A stretch of 64,000 nucleotides of DNA from Fimbriimonadia bacterium. Lineage in GTDB: Bacteria > Armatimonadota > Fimbriimonadia > Fimbriimonadales > JABRVX01. How positions within the stretch are numbered: the stretch's first letter is position 1; each line of letters opens with the position of its first letter. The notes beneath the pieces were generated by a model. The model had not been told where the DNA came from, searched no databases, and was given only the letters and a program-made list of their open reading frames with translations. Location of the stretch: assembly GCA_039961735.1 (NCBI GenBank), contig JABRVX010000044.1, positions 3,212-67,211 of the forward strand, read 5' to 3'. Shown here one piece after another: positions 19,572 to 28,815 of the stretch. Position numbers and translations under genes: made by a program.

Positions 19572-19678
19572 CGTCATGCCGAGCTTGTCGAAGCATGACG
19601 GGTGCTTCGACAGGCTCAGCATGACGTTAGCTTCGGCAGGCCCGGCATGACGTTTGCTTCGACAGGCCCGGCATGACG
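19572..19678. repeat. REP-arm cluster: one forward arm plus three tandem 26-nt reverse arms
   Basis: cgtcatgccgagcttgtcgaagcat, then units ending gcatgacg at 19601, 19627 and 19653. Confidence 0.85.
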
Positions 19679-19734
19679 GGTGACAGGATGAGCCGTGATA
19701 GCAGAGAAGCGGGCGCCTCGACGCTTGGCTGATG

Positions 19735-20937
19735 CTACTTCGTACCAGCGGTCACCGGCTTCCCCAGGAGTGTCAGGCGGGCGGCCTCGATAGCTTCGTC
19801 CGGTTGGCCGGGTGTAGGGCGAACAACCTCCCGGCTCAACTCGATGTCCGGCTTCACCCCATTGCCCTCCAGCCGCACCCCGTCCTTCGTCTTGTAATCC
19901 TGTAGTGGCACTTGCAGGACATACCCTTCGCCGACCGGGATGTAGGTGGACGACAGCACCGCTCCTGCCGTCTTGCGGCCCATCAGCGTGGCCCGCCCCG
20001 TCTCGCGCAGTGCGGCAGCCGAAATCTCGCTCGCGCTTGCCGAGCCTTCGTCGATCAGCACCACCATCTTGCCCTTGTATCGGTTCTTCTCGCTTCGTCC
20101 CACCACCACGGGCCGCTCGATCAGCTCGTCCTTGCCTTCGCCTTTGCTTAGAAAGGCCCCAACCCTGGTCCGCTCGGGCAGGAAGCGACTGAGCAGGTCG
20201 GACATCCACATCACCGAGCCTCCGCCGTTCAGTCGAAGGTCCAGGATCAGCCCGTCCGTGTCCTTCAGCGTTTCGAGCGCCGCTGCCACTTCCTTCGAGG
20301 AGTAGCGCATGAAGGACCAGACGCGAAGGTAGCCGATGTTGCCGTCCAGCTTCTGCACCACCAGCGGCTTGTCGGTCTTGAACTCTTGTCGAACGACCCG
20401 TCGCTGGTGCACGGTGCCGTCCGCGGTGCGGTACTTCAGGCTGAAGGTGGTGCCGACCGGGCCCGACGCCCCCTTCTGCCGGTCGTACTTCTCCCCATCA
20501 ATTTCCAGGATGACGTCGCCGGGCTGAAGGCCGATCTTGTCCGCGCCGGAGCCGGGGAACACGTGCACGACCTCTGGCTCTCCCTTATCGAAGCGTAGCT
20601 CTACGCCTAGGCCCACCATCGAACCCTGAGTGCGTCGCTTAGCCTCGGCAGGAGCGAGCAGGTCTAGGTGGGAGAAGCCCATAGTGCGGAACCACGCGTC
20701 CACTCGCCGCTGAAACTCGACATCCGATTCGGCAGAGAGAATGCTCGCTCGCTTTTCCTCCACCATGGCGTCGAGGCGCTCGGACGTGACATCCGGTAAG
20801 TAAGCGGTCTTCTTCATGACGGAAACCATCTTGTCGAAGATGGCCTGCCTGCTCTCCTCGGACAGGTCTGCGGACACGCCGAGAGCCAACGCGGTCACCG
20901 TCAACACGAAGGTAAAAATCAATACGGTTCGTCTCAA
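19735..20937 (-). CDS. S41 family C-terminal processing peptidase with PDZ domain
   Basis: Signal peptide; GLGVEL PDZ; IGYLRVWSF, LDLRLNGGG, SASASE, GNGVKPD. Confidence 0.9.
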   Translation of the reverse strand: MRRTVLIFTFVLTVTALALGVSADLSEESRQAIFDKMVSVMKKTAYLPDVTSERLDAMVEEKRASILSAESDVEFQRRVDAWFRTMGFSHLDLLAPAEAKRRTQGSMVGLGVELRFDKGEPEVVHVFPGSGADKIGLQPGDVILEIDGEKYDRQKGASGPVGTTFSLKYRTADGTVHQRRVVRQEFKTDKPLVVQKLDGNIGYLRVWSFMRYSSKEVAAALETLKDTDGLILDLRLNGGGSVMWMSDLLSRFLPERTRVGAFLSKGEGKDELIERPVVVGRSEKNRYKGKMVVLIDEGSASASEISAAALRETGRATLMGRKTAGAVLSSTYIPVGEGYVLQVPLQDYKTKDGVRLEGNGVKPDIELSREVVRPTPGQPDEAIEAARLTLLGKPVTAGTK

Positions 20938-21015
20938 CTCGGTCCCCCTGGATTCCTATTCGCCATATACCATGTTACTACGCTGGGACGGAGCGCGAAT
21001 GTCGGCGAAAACGCC

Positions 21016-23307
21016 TCACGGCCCCGCTGGTACCCGCCGTTCCACCGTCTCGCCCGCCTCGAGAATGGCCACACCGTCTGGAAAGTGCACGGGAACGGTA
21101 GCCGAATCGAACCGACTAACGACGCGAACGGTCTTTTGGTTCACCACCAGAGCCATCGCCAGGCCGTGCCAGCGGAAAGGCATCTCGATCTTCGACCAGC
21201 CAGGAGGCAGAGCGGGCCAGCCATCGAAGACCACTCCCTCCAGCGTCAGGCGCAGCTTGCAGAACCCATGCGCAATCGCCAGCCATGCGCCGCCGAGGCT
21301 AGCAGCGTGAATGCCGAGATTCCAGTGCGGTCCCGCCGCGTCCAGGTCGATGTGCGAGGTGTGGATGTAATACTTATACGCCCAGTCCATGCGCCCGACG
21401 TCGGCAGCAACCAGCGAATAGGCCATAGGGCTGAGCGACGACAGGTGCGCCGTGCGAGGCTCGTAATACTCCCAGTTCGCCTTCTTGGCCTCCGTATCGT
21501 ACTGGTCGCGGAAGAGGTATAGCAGCATTACCACATCGGCCTGCTTACTGTTCTGCGACTTCTGAAAGGGGCCGTTCACACCGGCGAATCGATTCTCCGG
21601 CTTCTCGAACTCGCGCAGCGTGACCTGGAGTGGTACGTCCGGCAGATCGAAGAAGCCATCGAATTGGGGGATCAGCATCGTCTGGGAATCGGGCTGCGGG
21701 ACGTACAGCTTGTCCGCGAAGTTCCGCCACTCATCTAGTTCTTCTCCATCCACTCCGAGAGCTGCTGTGCCCACGAGTTCGGCTATCAGCAAGGCACGGC
21801 GAACGGCATGACGAGCCATCATGTTCGTGAACGCGTTGTTATCTATGCGCTCGTGGTACTCGTCGGGCCCGAGAACGGTACGCAGCTCATAGCGCTTCTT
21901 CTCTTCGTTCCACACGGCTCGTGAGACGAAGAACCGTGCCACCTCGGCAGCCACACGCGCACCTCCATCATACCAAATACTAACATCGCCGGTTGCCTCG
22001 TAGTACTGCCACATCGCGTATACTACGTCAGCAGAGATATGGATCTGCTCGTCGGCGAAGTAGGACCTTACTTTCTCGCCCGTGACGGGGTTCGTGAAGA
22101 CGTACAGGTCGCACTGCTCGTCCCCCGTTTCCTGACTCTGCCACGCATAGTAGGCGCCGCGATAGCCGAGAGCGGCAGCCTTTCGCAATGCACCTTCCAG
22201 AGTGTGCACCCGATACATCAGAGCGTTTCGCGCCGCTTGCGGCTGCGTGTACGCTAACATGGGCAGCACGAATATTTCGAAATCCCAGAAGATGGATCCG
22301 TAGTAGTCCTGCCCCTGCAACCCCCTCGCGGGCATGCTGATGCGGTCGTTGTGGTAGGGCGCCGCGGACAGCAGGTGGAACTGCGAAAAGCGTATGCCTA
22401 ACTGCGCCGCAGCGTCCCCTTCGATCTGTACGCCGGCCTGCGACCAAAGCTCCGCCCAGCGCTCGGCATGAAGTCTTCGCACCTCGCCGAAACCGAGCGC
22501 TGTTACTTCGTCGAGGTCGCGCGAACACGCCTCGAGATGGTCGCCTTGTGTGAATCGATTCTCACGCAGCGCGGCCCACTTCGTGAGCGTTATGCTCTCG
22601 CCGACGCGCAGGTGCAACCGATACTGACGAAGCACGCGCCGGCCCTCTGGTGGCAACTGTGACATCTCGACTGAGGAGCCTGTCGTGACGTATTCTCTCG
22701 TCGCCACACCGATTCGGAAGCCAGGGTCGAAGGTGTCGGTTTCGACGTACACGCCGTCCGAGAGATGCCGGCATCGGACATCCCGGAAGTGCTCTGCCCA
22801 ACGGTTGTTCACGTCGCCGTCAACGCCGGACAGCAGCTCGAGATCTAGATCCGTTTCCGCAGTCAGTCTCCACCGTATGCCGCCCACCGTGGGATGTGTC
22901 ATAGATAGCAGTCGTTCACTCTCCACCGACACCATCGCGCCCGAGGGCGATGTCCACCTACCACCCCACATCATCGTGCCCTCACGCATATTCAGCTCGC
23001 GTCGGTAGTCGGCGAGCGAGCCCGTCGTGAAGTCCAGCGGGTCGCCGTCGACTACCGCCTGGATCAGGGTCCAGTCCTGCACGTTCGGCATCTCGCGCTC
23101 GGTCAGCAGACCCTTAGGCGTATCGTAGATTCCGTTGATATAGGTGCCTTTCACGCCTTCCAGCTTGGGTGACAGGTACTCCGGCGCGCCGCGGCAGCCG
23201 AACACACCGTTGGCCAGCGCGAACACGGTTGCCCGCGAGCTCTCTTCCTCGGGTACGTACTGCTTCTCACGCAGCACCCATCCATCCAAGAACTGATACC
23301 AGCTCAC
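21016..23307 (-). CDS. Glycoside hydrolase family 65 (alpha-glucoside phosphorylase)
   Basis: FALANG..GCRG, ARGL, FWDFE, GPDEYHE, KQADVV, HLSSLS. Confidence 0.92.
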   Translation of the reverse strand: MSWYQFLDGWVLREKQYVPEEESSRATVFALANGVFGCRGAPEYLSPKLEGVKGTYINGIYDTPKGLLTEREMPNVQDWTLIQAVVDGDPLDFTTGSLADYRRELNMREGTMMWGGRWTSPSGAMVSVESERLLSMTHPTVGGIRWRLTAETDLDLELLSGVDGDVNNRWAEHFRDVRCRHLSDGVYVETDTFDPGFRIGVATREYVTTGSSVEMSQLPPEGRRVLRQYRLHLRVGESITLTKWAALRENRFTQGDHLEACSRDLDEVTALGFGEVRRLHAERWAELWSQAGVQIEGDAAAQLGIRFSQFHLLSAAPYHNDRISMPARGLQGQDYYGSIFWDFEIFVLPMLAYTQPQAARNALMYRVHTLEGALRKAAALGYRGAYYAWQSQETGDEQCDLYVFTNPVTGEKVRSYFADEQIHISADVVYAMWQYYEATGDVSIWYDGGARVAAEVARFFVSRAVWNEEKKRYELRTVLGPDEYHERIDNNAFTNMMARHAVRRALLIAELVGTAALGVDGEELDEWRNFADKLYVPQPDSQTMLIPQFDGFFDLPDVPLQVTLREFEKPENRFAGVNGPFQKSQNSKQADVVMLLYLFRDQYDTEAKKANWEYYEPRTAHLSSLSPMAYSLVAADVGRMDWAYKYYIHTSHIDLDAAGPHWNLGIHAASLGGAWLAIAHGFCKLRLTLEGVVFDGWPALPPGWSKIEMPFRWHGLAMALVVNQKTVRVVSRFDSATVPVHFPDGVAILEAGETVERRVPAGP

Positions 23308-24035
23308 GACACCCTCCCAGCGTTCAGGATCCTCGACAGCTCGACCTCATCGAGATCGCGTACCACCCAGTCCGCTCCGGCGTCGTTCAGAAGCTGCTCG
23401 TCCCCCACCCGTGCGACTCCTATGCACGACATACCTGCGGCCTTTGCTGCTTGCACTCCAGATGGGGCGTCCTCGACTACCACGCATCTTTCGACGGGTA
23501 CTCGAAGCGCATCGGCAGCGGTTAGGAATATCTCGGGGTGAGGCTTGCCATGTCGAAGGTCACGACCACAAACGTTCGCATGGAAGAGATCCACGAGCAG
23601 CGAGGCCTGCTGTGGCACGTGCACCCGCGCCATCATTTCGTTGGCATTCTTGGATGAAGACGCCGCACAAATGCGGAGGCCACGATCGAGACACGCGCAC
23701 AAGAACCGTAGTGCATCATCGAAAACGACGAAGCTACCAGCCTCTACGAGCTGCATCAGAACGCCCTGCTTCACAGCAGACAACTCCTCGGCACGGCGCC
23801 CACTCGGATCCTGCACGCCGAGCCCCCGAAGCATGTCTCGCGCTCCCGCTACACGCGGCTTACCAGCAACGTGCTGTTGATAGAATGCCGTCGTAAAGGC
23901 GTCTGCCGTCACCCCGCTCGTTGCCGAGTCCTTCCAACTCGTACTCAGCATCTGCCGAAGCGCGTGTCTCCACGCCTCCTCGTGAGGCGAGTCGACCAGC
24001 ACTCCATCTACGTCGAAGACGACGGCTTCGATCAT
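23304..24035 (-). CDS. Beta-phosphoglucomutase-like HAD phosphatase
   Basis: FDVDGV, SSSKNA, GKPHPEIF, EDAPSG. Stop overlaps the GH65 GTG start; start taken at ATG 24035. Confidence 0.88.
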   Translation of the reverse strand: MIEAVVFDVDGVLVDSPHEEAWRHALRQMLSTSWKDSATSGVTADAFTTAFYQQHVAGKPRVAGARDMLRGLGVQDPSGRRAEELSAVKQGVLMQLVEAGSFVVFDDALRFLCACLDRGLRICAASSSKNANEMMARVHVPQQASLLVDLFHANVCGRDLRHGKPHPEIFLTAADALRVPVERCVVVEDAPSGVQAAKAAGMSCIGVARVGDEQLLNDAGADWVVRDLDEVELSRILNAGRVS

Positions 24036-24104
24036 GGGTCCCACGATCTTACCGGCTGCGGCATCTCGCGTGCGGACACGGCACAATCCGGGTATTGTCT
24101 CGTC

Positions 24105-24479
24105 GTGGCCGAAGACACAGAAGAAACCAAGCAGCAGGAGCCCGAAGAGGACGCCACAGAAGCGGCGCGCGAGGAGCTGTTGGAGCGGGTGAAGACCGCT
24201 GCATCCTCGCCGCTGCCCGAGGTGCCGGAGTGGGAGTTCAAGCGCCCGGCACCCAAGGTGGAGCCTGGGGGCAGCGTGAGCGCGCGCGGCTTTAGTCTCG
24301 GCTTCGCTGCGCTCTACTCGCTGGTGGTGCCTACGGTTGGCGGTCTGCTCATCGGCTGGCTCGTGGACGAGCGGCTGGGAACCGGCCCCACGTGGCTGAG
24401 TGTGGGGTTCCTCGTCGGCGCACTTGCCGGGTTCGTTAGCCTTATCCGTATCGTAGTGCGCCTGGGGCGAGAGGATTAG
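24105..24479 (+). CDS. AtpZ/AtpI (ATP synthase gene 1)-like membrane protein
   Basis: G....G.LIGWLVDERLGTGP.W..VG.LVG...GF motif; acidic N-terminus; GTG start inferred. Confidence 0.7.
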   Translation: MAEDTEETKQQEPEEDATEAAREELLERVKTAASSPLPEVPEWEFKRPAPKVEPGGSVSARGFSLGFAALYSLVVPTVGGLLIGWLVDERLGTGPTWLSVGFLVGALAGFVSLIRIVVRLGRED

Positions 24480-24583
24480 GGCGAGCTCCGTGCTGACGTG
24501 GCAACTACGAGGTACGCGCTTGATGTGTCGCCCCCTCTCCCTCCCAAAGGAAAGGGCCGGGTGAGGGTTGACACACCCGCCGG

Positions 24584-24613
24584 CTATTCCTCCCACTTCG
24601 GGTGGTGAGGAAG
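24584..24613. repeat. degenerate copy of the TTCG-loop hairpin at 63937-63975
   Basis: ctattcctcccacttcgggtggtgaggaag compared with ctattcttcaccacttcgagtggtgaggaatag. Confidence 0.6.
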
Positions 24614-24637
24614 ACGAATCAACAAAGACTTCTTCCC

Positions 24638-24744
24638 CATCATGCTGAGGCCGTCGCAGCATGTAGCCGAATGCCAGCATGGTAGTGCCATTCGCCGTGA
24701 CCACGTGACTCACGATGTCATGCTTCGACAATCTCAGCATGACG
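24638..24744. repeat. 107-nt REP-doublet/MITE-like element
   Basis: Arms catcatgctgaggccgtcgcagcat and atgcttcgacaatctcagcatgacg; 57-nt interior. Confidence 0.8.
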
Positions 24745-24840
24745 GTACTAGTGTTCGCCGACAGGCTAAACATGCGGGCCAAATCACTCACCCAGCACGA
24801 GGTGACCTATAGCTGGGTCCACCTTCGGATGGCGTGTTGC

Positions 24841-24889
24841 AAGAGACGGCTGTCGCTCACCACGTAGCCCACGCCACATGGTACACCAT
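24841..24889 (-). pseudogene. possible remnant of an IS200/RAYT-type Y1 transposase N-terminus
   Basis: MVYHVAWATW* followed, out of frame, by RQPSL resembles the YH-x-x-W-x-T-K-x-R motif. The match is very short. Confidence 0.2.
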
Positions 24890-25072
24890 GACATTGATCG
24901 CTCCATCCACCCTCCAGGGTGGTTCAGTGACGAGCCTCCTCGGTTGGCATATCGCCCCCCATCCCAGCCCTCCCCCTTCCGCTTCGTACGAGAGGGGGAG
25001 TTATGAGTAACTCACACCTGCTCACGCGTGGAGCGCGATCGTAGTCGGTGCATGTGCCGTCCAACAACCAAG

Positions 25073-25103
25073 CTGTCATTCCTCGCTTCGCTCGGAATGA
25101 CAG
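25073..25103. repeat. palindromic intergenic repeat
   Basis: ctgtcattcc-tcgcttcgctc-ggaatgacag hairpin. Confidence 0.6.
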
Positions 25104-25337
25104 GAGGAAGGCAGGAGCTGGAAGCACTCGTCTCAATCCCTTCCGTTTGCTCTGGTACCGACAACATGAATAGCATCGGCAGATAGCCCACGCAACCCGG
25201 CCCTCTCCCCGGAAGTCGGGGGCGAGGCGGGTGCCGTCTAGGCGACCACCGCGTACACCAGCGGCATCGGGCCTAGCTCGAGCCGGGTCGGGCCGCCGGG
25301 GCCTGTGGAACAGGTATCCTCTCGTCCCGGGGATGCC

Positions 25338-26441
25338 ATGTTAGAGAATGTGGTGCTTGACCGCGATAGGGTGACGCGGCTTACTTTCGAGGAGATTGCG
25401 GAGAAGGTGCTGGCCGGAGAGCGTCTCACGCCGGAAGAGGGCGTGTGGTTGTTCGGTTTCCCCGACCTGCCCCGGCTCGCTGCCCTAGCCCACGCCCGGC
25501 GCTGCGCGGTCTCCGACCCAGAAACCGTGACATACGTTATTGGGCGCATCCTCAACTACACCAACGTGTGCTGGGTGCGATGCAAGTTCTGCGCCTTCTA
25601 TCGCCCACCCAAGCACGACGAAGGCTACCTGCTCTCGGACGAGGAGATACTGCAGAAGGTGGACGAGCTGGTGCGGCTGGGCGGCGTGGAGCTGCTTTTC
25701 CAGGGCGGGCTCAACCCCTCTCTGAAGATTGACTATTTCGAGCGCACCTTCCACCTAATCAAACAGCGCTACCCTGGCGTCATCCTGCACGCACTCTCGC
25801 CCGCCGAGGTGATGTACATCGCGCACATCTCGCGCCTGAGCCTGCGGGACTGCCTGATCCGACTGAAGGAAGCGGGCCTGCACTCCCTACCCGGCGCAGG
25901 CGGTGAGATCCTGGTGGACCGCGTTCGGGCGCAGATTGCCCCCTACAAGGACACGACCGAAGAGTGGCTGGAGTGCATGAGAACTGCGGCCGAGGTGGGA
26001 CTGCGCAGCACCGCGAGCATGATGTTCGGCCACGTGGAGACCATGGAAGATCGTGTGGAGCATCTCGTCCGCATCCGCGAGCTTCAAGATCAGTGCGAGC
26101 CCTTCCGCGCATTCATCGCATGGAACTTCCAGCCGGAAGACACTGCGCTACCCATTCCGAAGAAAGCGACAGGCTATGACTACCTGCGTACGGTTGCGGT
26201 AGCTCGCCTGATGCTGGACAATGTGCCCAACCTTCAGTGCTCCATCCTGACCCAGGGGCCGAAGATCGCCCAGCTCTCGCTAGGCTATGGAGTGAACGAC
26301 TTCGGGTCGGTGATGATCGAGGAGAACGTGGTGTCGGCGGCAGGCAGCAAGTTCATCCTGAACGCCGAGGAGATCGAACGACTGATCCGGGACGCGGGCT
26401 ACATGCCGCGCCGCCGGAATACACGCTACGAGCTGGTCTGA
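25338..26441 (+). CDS. mqnC: Cyclic dehypoxanthinyl futalosine synthase (radical SAM, menaquinone futalosine pathway)
   Basis: NYTNVCWVRCKFCAF, SLPGAGGEIL, MMFGHVET, DFGSVMIEENVVSAAG. Confidence 0.85.
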   Translation: MLENVVLDRDRVTRLTFEEIAEKVLAGERLTPEEGVWLFGFPDLPRLAALAHARRCAVSDPETVTYVIGRILNYTNVCWVRCKFCAFYRPPKHDEGYLLSDEEILQKVDELVRLGGVELLFQGGLNPSLKIDYFERTFHLIKQRYPGVILHALSPAEVMYIAHISRLSLRDCLIRLKEAGLHSLPGAGGEILVDRVRAQIAPYKDTTEEWLECMRTAAEVGLRSTASMMFGHVETMEDRVEHLVRIRELQDQCEPFRAFIAWNFQPEDTALPIPKKATGYDYLRTVAVARLMLDNVPNLQCSILTQGPKIAQLSLGYGVNDFGSVMIEENVVSAAGSKFILNAEEIERLIRDAGYMPRRRNTRYELV

Positions 26442-26707
26442 GCCGCCTGTGCCGCTCGGTTGGCCGCCCGCATCAAGCGCGACTTGCGCCGAGCTGCTTG
26501 GTTCTTGTGGATAATGCCGCGCTCAGCCGCCTTGTCCAGGTTCTTCACCGCCTCGAGCACGCGCACGGTGGCGTCCTCAGAGTTCTTCTCTACGGCCATC
26601 CTGGCCTTCTTGATGTAAGTTTTCAGCGCGGAACGGGTGCTTCGATTCCGAAGGTGCCGTTTCGCGTTTCGGCGCAGGTCCTTCTTCATGGACCGGATGT
26701 TCGGCAT
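26426..26707 (-). CDS. rpsT: 30S ribosomal protein S20
   Basis: MPNIRSMKK...N...RSALKT...LDKAAERGIIHKNQAARRKSRL. Confidence 0.97.
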   Translation of the reverse strand: MPNIRSMKKDLRRNAKRHLRNRSTRSALKTYIKKARMAVEKNSEDATVRVLEAVKNLDKAAERGIIHKNQAARRKSRLMRAANRAAQAAQTSS

Positions 26708-26738
26708 AGATGCAATCCTCCAAGTTCAGAGCGCGGCC

Positions 26739-26749
26739 ATTATGGCACA
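26739..26749 (-). promoter_or_regulatory. extended -10 promoter (TGTGCCATAAT) for rpsT
   Basis: TGnCATAAT about 30 nt upstream of the rpsT ATG. Confidence 0.55.
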
Positions 26750-26757
26750 CGCGCTCT

Positions 26758-28581
26758 CTACTTCTTCGCGTACTTCCTTTTGGACTTGTCGGCGCCTTGC
26801 TGCACCTTCTTCGCGTCGTAGTGCCACACTGGCGAGCCTGCCCGCTGGTAGAAGCAATGATAGCCGGATAGGATGGACGCGATCATGCTGCGGGTCACCC
26901 GCCGTACCACGTTGACCTCGGTCACGATGGTGATGAAGTCTGCGCCCTTGTTGTAGCGCGACATCACCTCGGCCAGAATCTCGAAGGTGGAGAGCGTGTC
27001 CGCCCGTTCCTGCAAATCCCGAAGCTCCTCCATCCGCTGGAAGCTGATGAAGCAGAGCGGATCGGGCTCCTCCATCCAGCGGAAGAGCAGCCTGTTGGGG
27101 TCCCCGGTCTTATGCAGGGTGAAGACGGCTCCCGATTCGATCTCCTGCTCCAGGTACCACGGGAAAAGCCCGAACATCAGTCGCAGCTCGGTGTTGACCC
27201 ACACGGGCAGCCTCCGACCCTTGGGGTCCTCTAGGATGATCTCCTGCAGCTTCGGCTCGGCAGGCAACCAGCCATTCGGTATTTGGGCAAGCGGGAAGGT
27301 GCCGAGTTCCTTGTGGTGCGCCTTCACCACGCATCGCACCTCGTCCGCCAGATGCTTGTGAACCGGGCCGACCTCGTCGTCTAGAACATCTTGGGCAAGA
27401 GCGTGCCCGAGTTCCTTGCGAAGCGAAGATGAGAAGGCCTCGGGTTCCAGCTCGAGGTCGATCTCGACGCCGTCGTCATCATAGAACTCGTACTTCTCGT
27501 ACCGGAGGATCTCCGGCACTTCGTGCACGTAGAGTGGCTCGGTTCCCGGCTTCCGGAAGCGGATGCCGCCGACCCAGAGCACCTCAGGGCGGCTCCGCAG
27601 CGCCTCCACCACGGTATTCAGATCATCGGCATAAGTGCGCGAGCCCGGCTCGACCCCGTACATGTCCGCCAAAAGATCCGATGCCAGCGTCGCATCTTCG
27701 CTCGAAAGGACCCTGGCGACCATCTGGTCCAGCTCGTCCGGTTTGACTTCGAGCGGCGTGGCGTCCTCGATTTCGATAGTCGATTCGAGCTTCTTCAGCA
27801 GGCGGGTGGCCGCGGCCAGCCACTTCTTGGCATCGGCAATAGCGTGCCACTTACCGTCCGGGCCATAGACGTATTCGTCGGACGAATACACGGTATCGAA
27901 TACCTTCACGGCGTCGTAGCGCGGGGGAACGTATGGGTCGGACGAGCGCAACGCCCTAGACGCAAAGTAACCAACCACCCGAGCGTCTACGGGCTCGCCC
28001 ACCGCTCGCAAGAACACCAGTGGCGCATTCAGTTGCTCCCAGTCCACGCTCGCGGCAGCTTCGCGATACGGATCGACATCCGACCACTTCAAGTCGTTGT
28101 AGAACAGGTCGTCGTCATCGTCCTCGGACTGCTCGACGTACAGCCACGCCGTGAGCCCGACGTGATCTCCCTTACAGAAAAACAGGTCGTCACCCTTCAA
28201 GACCAACCTGCGCAGATAGGTCTCGAAGTACTCCTTGGGCCGGCCTAGCATGTTCGCGCACTGCACGGCGAGCAACTTGAGGGTCATCGGGGCGCCGAAG
28301 CCCTGAACCAGCCCCACGACTGCCGCCGCCGTGGCCACACGCTCGTGTGCCGCTGCGATATTGGCAGCCCAGCGCCGGTCGTGGTTTACGAACCGGTCCG
28401 GGTTCGTGGCCATCAAAGTGTAAATCTCGTTGGTGTCCAAGCCCGAGCTGGCAAGGTGGTCGGCGATATCGGTGAGCCGCGCTATGCCGTCCAGCTCGCC
28501 TATAGCGGTGAGCACGAGCCGGACCGCGTAATCGCGCCCGAGCGCCTCCTGCTTAGTCGCAGTAGCCGTTGATGTAGACAA
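26758..28581 (-). CDS. Conserved-looking hypothetical cytoplasmic protein (607 aa)
   Basis: Long open frame with acidic composition and a basic C-terminus; no family recognised. Confidence 0.75.
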   Translation of the reverse strand: MSTSTATATKQEALGRDYAVRLVLTAIGELDGIARLTDIADHLASSGLDTNEIYTLMATNPDRFVNHDRRWAANIAAAHERVATAAAVVGLVQGFGAPMTLKLLAVQCANMLGRPKEYFETYLRRLVLKGDDLFFCKGDHVGLTAWLYVEQSEDDDDDLFYNDLKWSDVDPYREAAASVDWEQLNAPLVFLRAVGEPVDARVVGYFASRALRSSDPYVPPRYDAVKVFDTVYSSDEYVYGPDGKWHAIADAKKWLAAATRLLKKLESTIEIEDATPLEVKPDELDQMVARVLSSEDATLASDLLADMYGVEPGSRTYADDLNTVVEALRSRPEVLWVGGIRFRKPGTEPLYVHEVPEILRYEKYEFYDDDGVEIDLELEPEAFSSSLRKELGHALAQDVLDDEVGPVHKHLADEVRCVVKAHHKELGTFPLAQIPNGWLPAEPKLQEIILEDPKGRRLPVWVNTELRLMFGLFPWYLEQEIESGAVFTLHKTGDPNRLLFRWMEEPDPLCFISFQRMEELRDLQERADTLSTFEILAEVMSRYNKGADFITIVTEVNVVRRVTRSMIASILSGYHCFYQRAGSPVWHYDAKKVQQGADKSKRKYAKK

Positions 28582-28622
28582 AGATTCGTAGCCTCCGGAA
28601 GCTGCGCTGTGGGTGAATGCTG

Positions 28623-28633
28623 ATTATGGCACA
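28623..28633 (-). promoter_or_regulatory. extended -10 promoter (TGTGCCATAAT) for the 607-aa gene
   Basis: Same 11-mer as the rpsT element, about 40 nt upstream of the start. Confidence 0.55.
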
Positions 28634-28769
28634 AAGCGGGTTCTGCGCGGGCCGGATCGGCCCCACAGGCGCAGCCTGCAAAAAATACGGTAAAAAGCGC
28701 CGGCGGGCCTAAAGGACTTCCCCTAACCCGCCGAACATATCAAACGGATCGAGTTCACCTTCCTTCCTT

Positions 28770-28815
28770 GGGGGTGGCAGGCTTTGCTCTCCTTTCACTG
28801 CCGCCCTCTTTTTTT
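28770..28815 (+). terminator. intrinsic terminator with no plus-strand CDS upstream
   Basis: gggggtggcag / ctgccgccctc stem followed by T7. Confidence 0.65.

Noticed and set aside
23304-24791. 495-aa version of the HAD gene
   Set aside because: The extension overlaps the opposite-strand atpZ-like gene and repeats; the HAD motif begins right after ATG 24035.
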